Shown piece after piece: positions 1 to 8,510 of a stretch of 12,157 nucleotides of DNA; position 1 is the stretch's first letter; each line of letters opens with the position of its first letter. The notes under the pieces are model-generated. The model worked only from the letters and a program-made list of their open reading frames with translations, had not been told where the DNA came from and made no database searches. Location: positions 90,970 through 103,126 of the forward strand of contig NW_003314448.1 of NCBI RefSeq assembly GCF_000143415.4. Reading direction: 5' to 3'. Position numbers and translations under genes: made by a program. This stretch comes from Selaginella moellendorffii. Lineage: Eukaryota; Plantae; Lycopodiophyta.

Positions 1-1492
1 TTATTGGAACATCACTCACAAACTTTCTGGCTACTTGCCCACCTTCTGCAAACCGGAAGTGCATAGGCAACATTTGCTCAGCATTCAATCCTAACAACTT
101 AACTAAGTCTTCGGATATCACGCTGTATGTAGCTCTTGTGTCAATCATCACTCGGATTCAGTGTCCACGGACAAAGCCTACCAGATACATCAACGGATCA
201 GTGTTTGCATTGACTACAAAAAAAGCTTGAGGAAAGCAACGAAAGTTACTCACCTCTTCTTCCTCATAGTCTGCATTGACCAACTCGTCAACCCCTTCAA
301 CTTCACCACCACCGTCTTCCCTCATGACATTAACCTGAGATCTTGTCTTATACTTGTTGGGACATTCTGAGGACCTATGTCCCGACTCTCCACAATGGAA
401 GCAATGACCCACACTACCCATTCCACTAGGAGCAGGTTTTGCAGGTTGCTGCTGCTTGTACCCACCAGGAGGAGGAACAGAGGGCTTAGGACCAGAAGAA
501 GCTGCTGGTGGTCTCCAACCACCACCACCTTTGTTAACCGTTGCTTGTGAGCCTCTAGAGCGGAACCTGCTTTCCACCCTCTGTTTTCGATCACCTTGTT
601 TATTCCCAGAATTTTTATTCTTATCCGAGTTACCAACATACGATTGCTGATATTGTTCCATGAGTGAGTGACTAAAGGCAACTTGCTGCGTTGCCTCCTT
701 ACACTCCAGGTGCGTCTTTGGCTTAAACTTCAAAATCTCATTACGAAAAAGTGAACTTAAACCCTCCAAGAAATAACTCCGAGCATCTTCCTCACTCATA
801 TTTGCAATCATAATGCACTTCTGAGCAAACGCATTAACGTAATGCATGAGATCCCCTCGCTGCTTTAACCGCTGCAGCTCCGCGCGAAGTCTCAGACCAA
901 GATCATCCGGCAAGTATTCCTTACGGATACGAGACCGCATCTTGGTCCAACTTCTAGTCTGCCCTTTTTCAGCACACATCTAGCACCACCAAGTTTTGGT
1001 ATGATCGGTGAGAAAGGATTGTCTGCATGCAACTTTCGTATGATCATCTACGTCTGCCACTATGAAATAATTTTCCATATTGTAGACCTAGTCCTCCAAA
1101 ACTTGATACTCCCGCATGCCTCTGAAGTTGGGTGGTTTCAGAGGCTTGAACTTTGAAACTTGTGCAACCGGGGGCAGCTGCAAAACTTCATTGTCCTCAG
1201 AACTCGAAGAGGAGTCTGGTTGCTTAGGCTTAGCTGGTTTAGCTGCCTCAGCTTCTTTCTTCCTTTTCTTGTTCTCCTTCTTCAATTTGCGAATCTCCTT
1301 TCGCAAATTCTCGATCTCGACTTCCTGAGCCGTACGCTGCAATGCCGCAGCATCTGGCTCATCCTCTTTTGACTCAGCCTCAACCTCTTCCGCAGCATCT
1401 CTAATAGGAGTTTCCTCCTCTCGATTCGCCTGTCTAGAGGTTTCAGCGTCATCAGCATAGTTCCTCTTCATCATCCTACTAGCTGCATGCAT
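1..1492 (-). pseudogene. gag-pol: gag-protease polyprotein, inactivated by in-frame stops
   Basis: ORFs 1088..1675 and 158..979 are in the same frame. Reading through TAG (1088-1090), TAG (980-982) and TGA (158-160) gives ...KPPNFRGMREYQVLED*VYNMENYF...FLTDHTKTWWC*...LRAELQRLKQRGDLMHYVNAF...FLEGL (retrotransposon gag), then CFHCGESGHRSSEC (zinc knuckle), then GH*IRVMIDTRATYSVISEDLVKLLGL (protease, DTG changed to DTR). Likely start is ATG 1492 or 1474. Confidence 0.9.
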
Positions 1493-1652
1493 GCCTCTAT
1501 CAGTAATTGAACATACATACAACGTTCTTACCGAATGGTGCAATCCAACTAATCCTACATAGATCGCTTTGGATCCACTAGAAAAGTCTCTGTGTATGCA
1601 ATTTGAGTCAGAAAATCCGACAAAAGTTGGATAGGAATCGTTGAGACAATTT

Positions 1653-1663
1653 CTTTGATACCA
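1653..1663 (-). promoter_or_regulatory. primer-binding site, tRNA-iMet type
   Basis: Minus strand reads TGGTATCAAAG, 2 nt after the LTR-terminal CA. The canonical plant iMet PBS is TGGTATCAGAGC. Confidence 0.85.
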
Positions 1664-1665
1664 AA

Positions 1666-2077
1666 TGTAGCGCATCTGAATTTGGAGCCAAACTCCAAGC
1701 CCGTTACGCTACGAAATGAGGGTCCGGTACAATCCCACGAGCACCAGCTCCCCATATCCAGTATCTACACACAAAATGGTGTCAGATAGAGTCTGGCACA
1801 ATTTTGGCATACCGGTGGCCTAATGCGAGGAGGAGGGTACTCCACCAACTAGAGCCGCATGCAGCTTGGGCTTAGACCCAAGTCGGACGTAAATCAAGGA
1901 GCGACACAACCCAGCGGGAGCCAAACTAATGTCTCAAGTGGTCGGACATGCATTCCAACCACTATCCCTAGTATATATTTAGAACCCCCTTAGCCCCCCC
2001 CCCCCTCCCCCCTGAGGAACATGCTTTGGGCTTTCACCCTAAGCCTCCCTTAGTACCAGGAGTTAGTCTTTGGGACA
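1666..2077 (-). repeat. 5' LTR of the gypsy element (~412 bp)
   Basis: The inner boundary is fixed by the PBS. The outer boundary is inferred from TGTCCC...CTACA termini and from family A homology being visible from about 2097. A TATA-like AAATATATAC lies at 1971-1980 on the minus strand. The partner LTR is not in the window, so the outer boundary is unconfirmed. Confidence 0.7.
2021..2040 (-). promoter_or_regulatory. 20-bp motif shared with the solo LTR (copy 1); candidate promoter element
   Basis: ATGCTTTGGGCTTTCACCCT is identical at 2021-2040 and 3583-3602 and contains the site II-like TGGGCT. The regulatory role is inferred. Confidence 0.5.
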
Positions 2078-2616
2078 AGCTTGAAACTTACTAAATATGA
2101 AATGTCTTTAGATTGAGAATTTGGACATGGGACGAACACCATTGTGTTCAGGCCAATCTCTACATTCTGTAGATATGCCAAATGAGAAAATCTAGACACT
2201 TTCCATAAATAGTATATAGGACCAAAATGAGACCAACACTAAGGGCATGATAGCGAGGGTGTTTGGTAGACACGGTAAGCTATCATTCAACGATATTGAG
2301 GGACTAGTCTCAATACACAGGGGTTCTTGATACTAGCAAGTGCAAGTCAATGACAGGAGTTTCTCAAATCAGGCCAAGTATGCTCAGCAAAAACACATAG
2401 GGTTCCTACCTTATGTTTATCCGATTTAAATACACAGTCATTGACCAGTTTCTCAACTAGCCTAAGTGGGAACAATAAAGGGAACCAACTGTACCAAACT
2501 TCTACCGTCATGGCAGTAAGGAAAGAGTGTCCGTAAGGACTAGCCAACAAGTATCTTTCGATACCCGAAATCACATTTGTGACAATCTCCAGCCGCTAGA
2601 ATTTTTCATTTCTTTG
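2078..2616 (-). mobile_element. family A LTR-like repeat, copy 1, distal segment
   Basis: About 2097-2590 aligns as the reverse complement of about 11661-12157 (for example GAATTTGGACAYGGGACGAACAC and AAGAGTGTCCGTAAGGACTAG). 2589-2616 aligns to about 10738-10772. Confidence 0.85.
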
Positions 2617-3582
2617 TGTAAGTGACTAATTTTTTCCATTCTACTTTAGTCACTTAATTGCACTTCCGACCACTTGGAGGAGTCTCCTTCACAACCTCCA
2701 TAAATCCCTCTCAAGACTTGGGTCTTGCTAGCCCTGAGAATGGCATCCATGTCACTCAACCTTTGCACTTGGTCCAACTGCTCCACGTGTCCGGTCCCAT
2801 GACTGACACCCCAAGGCACCACCAATGTACCAGCCCATTAAGCTAGGCCATGCCCAATCACCTTGGTCACATCGATAGTCCAACACCACCTGCATTGCAA
2901 TCCCGTCTCTCCAAGACTGGGCCATCCATCCATGAGTGGTCATCCCAGATCCACTCTTTAGCATCCTTAAGATGCCCACAAACATGGGGAATAGCCTTCC
3001 CCAATATCTCCTTTCTGGTCCCCACCAAGTCCCTCTCTGTCCTTGGCTGTGTTCGCCAACACTGCCACTAGATCAAGGCCCACATGCTTGACCACTAAGT
3101 CCCACGGTCCTTTGGGACTTCCTCACCGCACGACTATATCTTTGGTCACTACACCAGAGGACTACTCCTCTTCCTTTCCACAATCTGGGCCTTTGGGACA
3201 ATATTTTGGAACACCGTGGCCTTACACAAGCCTCGTGGGTACTCTCCCTGCCTTCCGCCTTTGGGCTTAGAGCAAGGTTCTGTTGAGTCACGCCTGGTAT
3301 CCAAGTAGGTAGTGCCACCTACACTTGGATTGGGAGCATCGGCCAGTCGATCTCTCGGGGGAACTAGAGCCGGCTCTTGAATACCCTGCTTGTCCAAGCT
3401 ACCCTGCTTGTCGGTCCGTATTCACTCTAGTCTTGGACTTCCCAGTGGTCAGCTCATCACCCAACACTAGGTATGGCCTTCCTGGGCCAAACTAGCCTTT
3501 CCTAGCCAAACTGGCTCCACTGCAATCCTCCCCCTTACTATACTTTTGGAGCTCACCAAACCCCCTAGGGTCTGGGAGACGA

Positions 3583-3602
3583 ATGCTTTGGGCTTTCACC
3601 CT
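3583..3602 (-). promoter_or_regulatory. 20-bp motif shared with the gypsy 5' LTR (copy 2)
   Basis: Exact match to 2021-2040. On the minus strand it is followed about 35-40 nt later by an AT-rich AAAAGTATAG. Confidence 0.5.
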
Positions 3603-3673
3603 CTCAGACTCGAACTCGGACTCGGACTCGGACTCGGACTCGGGCCCGGGCTCGGTCTCGGTCTCGGTCCTGA

Positions 3674-3710
<37 letters not shown>

Positions 3711-4125
3711 TCCGGTCTTGGTCTTTGGTCCCAGTCTCGGTCTCGACCTCGGACTCCATCTCGGGTCCTTCTCGGACTCTGTCTCGGATTCCATCTCAGG
3801 GTCCATCTCAGACTCCGTCTCGGTCCATCTCGGACTCCATCTCGGGTCCATCTCAGACTCCATCTCGGGTCCATCTTGAACTCCATCTCGGGTCTATCTC
3901 AGACTCCATCTTGGGTCCATCTCGGGTCCACCTCGGACTCCATCTCGGACTCCATCTTGGGTTGATCTCAGGTCCATTTCGGACTCCATCTCGGACTCCA
4001 TCTCGGATCCATCTCGAACTCCATCTCAGACTCCATCTCGGGGTCCTTTTCGGACTCCAACTCGGGTCCATCTCGGACTCCACTTCGGACTCCACTTCGG
4101 ACCCCAACTCGGATCCATCTCAGAC
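3603..4125. repeat. compound tandem array: (CTCGGA)n, then (CTCGGT)n, then 12-mer (CTCCATCTCGGA / GTCCATCTCGGG)n
   Basis: Directly visible hexamer periodicity from 3603 to about 3750 and 12-bp periodicity from about 3750 to 4125. It accounts for the low-complexity ORFs in several frames. Confidence 0.97.
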
Positions 4126-4357
4126 ACTTCCACGTGTCATGTGTTGGTCCTTTTGGGTCCCTTTTTGGAGCCTCGCTTATTGCTCACTTCATGCTCGTTC
4201 CTCGAGCACTTCGTTGGGAGTTCCACTCCCACTCTCGATCTTTTCAAATCAGAGCTTTTAGTCCAAACATGTTATGCTTGTTTGGCTTTCGCTTTAGCCA
4301 CTACCACATGGCACCATTTTGGCTCCACTTTGGGGCCTAGGGGTTTTGTGTTTCACA

Positions 4358-4979
4358 CCTTATTGTAGATTCTTGAAATATTCATTTCCTTTCCAAGTTT
4401 TCCACGACTTGAATGGCTTCAATCTTCAAGTGTTCTTCATGTTTTCATGTTTGTTAGCACTTGCTTGCTCTGATTTCTTGTCAGAGATTCTTTGAATATT
4501 CTAATGTGTAGAATATTCTTTGTCTTCAACTCTCGCCAAGAGGCAGTTATGGACTTTTTGAGAAGTGGGCGATCACTAGATGATCGTAGTCTTCAAGCAT
4601 TTGGTCTCTAGCATGATTGCCATGCTTTATGCTATAGATTTTTGTCAGTTTTCTTCTTTTTCATTTTGTTTTCTTCTTTTTGTCTTTTTATTCGATTTTT
4701 CCCTCAATTCTTGACTTCAGGGGCATCTATTATTCTTGACCCTTCCTCTTTTAGTTTTGGCCAAGGCTTCCTGTCTTTGTTCTTTAGGTACTCTTCACTT
4801 CACCTATCCCACTATGGTTGCAAAAGTGGAGAATTACAAAATCACTTCTACAATGATCTTGTGAATCCTCTCTAATCTAAAGTAGATCCAAACATAAAAA
4901 GGAAAGAAATACTTAGCCATGTGTTGTTGCAAAAATGTTGATGTTGAGATTGATGCACATCTCACAGCCTTAATCCCCA
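4358..4979 (-). mobile_element. family A LTR-like repeat, copy 1, terminal segment
   Basis: Reverse complement of about 10089-10742. Homology stops sharply at TGGGGATTAAGGCTGTGAG (copy 1) versus TGAGGATCAAGGCTGTGAG (copy 2), which is a TG terminus. Confidence 0.85.
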
Positions 4980-5810
4980 AACTCTTCTTTACCGAGTACA
5001 TCATGCTAAGCACCTCTTTCTTTGTGGTTGTGTCATTGCTCTCTGCAGGTGACAACCTCTTAGATCCGTGATCATTCCTGTCATCCCGGGTTTGTATCAG
5101 GATGCACCTGATTATGATGTCGGTGACGTTTACCTCCCCATGAAACTCCCTGTCCCACCTCAGGGAGGCAAGGATGGGTGCATTTGTGAGTACACTCTTC
5201 AACTCCTGAAAGCCCTCGTCACATGCTAGGTTCCACTTGAACCATGATATGGTCACCAGACTTTATGAAAAAAACACATTTCTCTAGGTTCAACACGATC
5301 TAGAACTCTTGGCATTTCACGTCAAGAGATGCTCCCTAAATGCTTCTGACACCAGTTACTGGAATGTAAATGACCCATTAAGCATATGTTCATCATGGAC
5401 TAATGAACGCCATTTTTGGTTGGTCACACTCTTCCACTTGCAGCCAGTCAATCCATCTAAAAAAGAGTACATGTTATGGCCGGCCAACACGGCAAGAATC
5501 TCCTCCGTGTATGGGATCCGATATGCATCTTTTTTATGTGACTACATTCAGCTTCTTGTAGTCCACACAAATGTGCAATTTCCATTTCTTCTTAAGCACC
5601 ACCACAATAGGTGACAGCCACTGTGCATTCTCCATCAATTTCCTTCTTGACTTTAACAAAATAAGTTTGGTTCATCTTATACACTTGCTGTCTCCATGCT
5701 TCACCATTAGGGATGAGCTCTATTTGATGTGTGTAAATCATAGGTGGCACCCCCTTCAGGTCCTCATAGCTGCAAGCAAAAATGTTTGCATTCTTCCTCA
5801 GAAGAGCCAA
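4980..5810 (-). pseudogene. pol: degenerate Ty3/gypsy reverse transcriptase-RNase H fragment (non-chromovirus-like)
   Basis: Across frameshifts it reads LLRKNANIFACSYEDLKGVPP...YKMN...VKKEID, WLSPIVVVLKK, LHICVDYKKLN, IPYTEEIL..LAGHNMYSFLDG, DQPKMAFISP, TFQ, LNLEKC, FKWNLACDEGFQELKSVLTNAPIL, and RLSPAESNDTTTKKEVLSMMYSVKK. It is cut by family A within RNase H. Confidence 0.9.
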
Positions 5811-6238
5811 GCTGCTTGCAAATTCCATTTGCACACCACCAAAATCTCATCATGTTCTGTGGCCAGATTAGTTGCCTCGGAATCAAGCTTATCTTAAATG
5901 TCCTTTCTCAAATGCAATCCCAACTCCACTATTGTTCAGGGATGCCTTCCAAACATGGCAAAATAAGGACTTAGCTTGGTTCCGCTGTGTTGGCTATTGT
6001 TGTAAGCAAATTGCACTAACGGAAGATATAGATCCCATTGTCCTTGCCTTTGACCAATGCTACAATATAGCATATCCTCCACCACTTAATTCACATACTC
6101 AGTTTGCCCATCCGTCTGAGGATGATCTCCACTCGAGAGTTTTAAAATCACTTGCATACTCTTTGCAAAGCTTTTCTAAAATCCATTAATGAACTTTGAA
6201 TCTCGATCACTAATGATGTCCTCCGGCAAACTAAAATT
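5811..6238 (-). pseudogene. Ty3/gypsy integrase core fragment
   Basis: One frame with four stops, absent from the ORF track: LPEDIISDRDSKFINGF*KSF...SSGDHPQTDGQTEYVN*VVEDML...QWDLYLPLVQFAYNNSQHSGTKLSPYFAMFGRHP*...NLQAA. Confidence 0.9.
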
Positions 6239-6273
6239 ACTTCTCTTTTAGGTTGAGTCTTTCTTCTTTGGAT

Positions 6274-6367
6274 GCCTAAACTAAGGTATTAACTTTATTT
6301 TGCCTAAAGTTTCTTTTTTTGCTCTACCTAAAATGATACACAAGATAAAATATTTACCTCTTCATTA
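6274..6367. repeat. diverged inverted copy of 8424-8515
   Basis: CCTAAACTAAGG...TTTTGCCTAAA...TTGCTCTA...ATGATAC...GATAAAA.ATTTACCTCTTCAT matches the reverse complement of 8424-8515. Confidence 0.85.
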
Positions 6368-7847
6368 TTAACACTCTACTCTTCTTTCTCCTATGTGGTT
6401 TGATTGTGCTACATATGGGTATAGTGAGCAATTTGTCATCACAATTTTAGGGGGAAGGTACACCTCCCAAGTACCTAGGTGGGTAGCTTAGTAAACAATT
6501 GTGCAAATTTATAAAATATATGAAAAAAATTATATGTGTGTTTAAATTGTTGTAACACATATATGACTCACAAAATAATAATTTGAGCATAACTTTTTCT
6601 TTTTATATATAGGTGCCTACCACATATGCACGGCAAAGTCCCAATCAATGCCACATATGTGATTTTTGTGTTATATAAATTTTGACTCCATATCAAATTT
6701 TTTGTAAGGTTTAGAGTTTGGTTTAGGGCTAGTGTGCATAACATTATGTGTGAGCTAAATTTGAAATACCTTTTAGATGTTGTAAATGCATACTTGGGGC
6801 ACTCTCCTTGGTAAGGGTAATGAAAAGTGTTTTGTAAATAAGTGGTTTTGCATGGGTGAATGCTAAATTGAGGGAAAGCTATAAAATAAGGGATTTTGCT
6901 CAAGACCATAGGTTGGGAAGGGTTTATCCCCTCAAGAGTGTTGTTGTGGTTCAAGTGCTTAAGAGCTTTTGACGATATATGAGATACATATGTCAATGAC
7001 AAGATAAGAGAAATAAGATATAGAGTGAGCTAGAAAGTACAATAAGTTTTACGAAGGAGATTAGAGCCAATTCTTCACATACATTTTTATGTGGAGTCGT
7101 ATATGAAGCTCTAGTGCATTGATAATAAGTTTCCCCCACCACATTAAAATTATAATTTTAATTCAACTTTTGTTTTACAACATAGTGTAAGCTAGAGCCT
7201 TGGGGCATCTATTTATATAGAATTATTGACATTGGTAAGTGTTTGAAAAATGTCAAATAATATTACACACTTGGTAGTGTTATTTATGTGGGTAAGGAAG
7301 TATTATGTCACCAGTATACTTGTGTTAACAAAAAAAAGAGGACTAACTTTTCACAAATGCTATTGTAGAAATTTGGCCGGCCCAAACACATGTGTGGCAA
7401 CTGGGTGGGGGAGTTTAATGCAATAGAGATGGATATGATGAAGGGCCACAATATAGTATTGGTTCTTTAGTTTACAACTAGGTGAAAATTGTGATTAATA
7501 ACAATATGTTTACAATGGATCAAACACTTTTGGAGGGAGGTGGGGTGTAAAGTGGTTTGGTATTTTAAAATGATAATCCTAACTATGGAATGTCATTTAG
7601 GGATAATTGACATGCTTATAGTTTGCTTGAGGTTATTTATGCTGAATTTACATAATGCCTTATGTACACATAAATATATAGAATGTACACATAGTGCACA
7701 CTCTCAGAAGGAGGCACAGATATTGCCCCACACATGTCTTAACAAGACTATTTCAACTAAACAAGTGGAGGGCACGGTGACAAGGTTTCAATTTACAACT
7801 TCTAATATGCAACTACTACAATATAGTTGCATCTTTGACCTCAAAAG

Positions 7848-8510
7848 ACATTGTTGCACTAACCATTAATGAAGTGTACTAAAACCTAACTCCAACCCCT
7901 CTTCATGAAGTACATGTGCAAAGTCTTTCTATTGTCACATATTGCTACACCTTGTATTCACACTAGAAGTTAGATGTGCACCTGATGAAAAGGTAAATGT
8001 TTTATCCCTTGTATCATCTTAGAGCAAAAGAAGAAAGCTTAGACAAAATGAAGTTATGCCTTAGTAAACTCCTAAACTAAGACATATATATAAAAACCAT
8101 TCATAACTAATTCTTGTTTGTCTATGATAAGTGTTGCCTAAACTAGGTTTTTCTCATTTGGCATACATCTTCTACATATAGAATGGAATGTAAAAAACAT
8201 TGTTGCACTAACCATTAATGAAGTGTACCAAAACCCAACTCCAATCCCTCTTCATGAAGTACATATGCAAAGTCTTTCTATTGTCAATACACTTTGTGGT
8301 TTTCTTTTATTAAGAGCTAGTAAGCCTCTCCAATTGTGCATACAAAAGAAATGTGAAATGCTTTGAGTTTGACCACGAGGTTATGCTACACCTTGCATTC
8401 ACACTAGAGGTTAGATGTGCACTTGATGAAGAGGTAAATGTTTTATCCCTTGTATCATCTTAAATAGAGCAAAAGAAGAAAGTTTAGGCAAAATGAAATT
8501 ATGCCTTAGT
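7848..8510. repeat. local direct duplication: 7848-8065 versus 8197-8510 (second copy about 90-100 bp longer at 8287-8383)
   Basis: Blocks 7848-7937/8197-8286 and 7943-8065/8384-8510 are nearly identical by eye. Confidence 0.95.

Larger units (their letters stand above)
1..2077 (-). mobile_element. Ty3/gypsy LTR retrotransposon, 5' part (LTR-PBS-gag-protease), continuing beyond the left window edge; possibly chromovirus-like
   Basis: On the minus strand: LTR ending ...GCGCTACA (1666), then TT, then TGGTATCAAAG (PBS), a short leader, gag with a CX2CX4HX4C knuckle, and an aspartic protease motif. The chromovirus assignment is inferred from the short LTR, iMet PBS and single gag-pro frame. Confidence 0.9.
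2617..4357 (-). mobile_element. solo LTR (1741 bp) inserted in family A copy 1
   Basis: Ends are TGTAAG...TTCACA, flanked by CTTTG (2612-2616) and CCTTA (4358-4362). The homologous site in copy 2 (about 10730-10750) is uninterrupted and has a single 5-mer. There is no credible coding content. Orientation is inferred from the motif shared with the oriented LTR at 1666-2077. Confidence 0.8.

Noticed and set aside
1493-1675. N-terminal extension of the 195-aa ORF
   Set aside because: It starts inside the LTR and crosses the PBS, so it is more likely untranslated leader.
3603-4125. Tandem array as a CRISPR-like locus
   Set aside because: Units are contiguous with no unique spacers, and the context is a eukaryotic LTR.
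3492-4261. Overlapping low-complexity ORFs (ETETE, LGLGL, SVSVS, PRPRP)
   Set aside because: These are by-products of a stop-poor 6/12-bp tandem array that is open in most frames.
4834-4979. C-terminus of the 140-aa ORF as part of RNase H
   Set aside because: It is read-through into family A sequence past the insertion point.
4980-4992. AAAGAAGAG (minus strand) as a polypurine tract before the family A terminus
   Set aside because: It is the VKK codons of RNase H, and there is no integrase between RH and this point.
6568-7002. 144-aa minus-strand ORF and other short ORFs in 6.5-11.4 kb, plus an LDVVNAYL copia-like word near 6773
   Set aside because: There are no supporting neighbouring motifs or recognisable domains.
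8140-8165. 17-bp match TATGCCAAATGAGAAAA between about 2175-2190 and the reverse complement of this region
   Set aside because: It does not extend, is AT-rich, and is not conserved in the other copies of either repeat; treated as probable chance.
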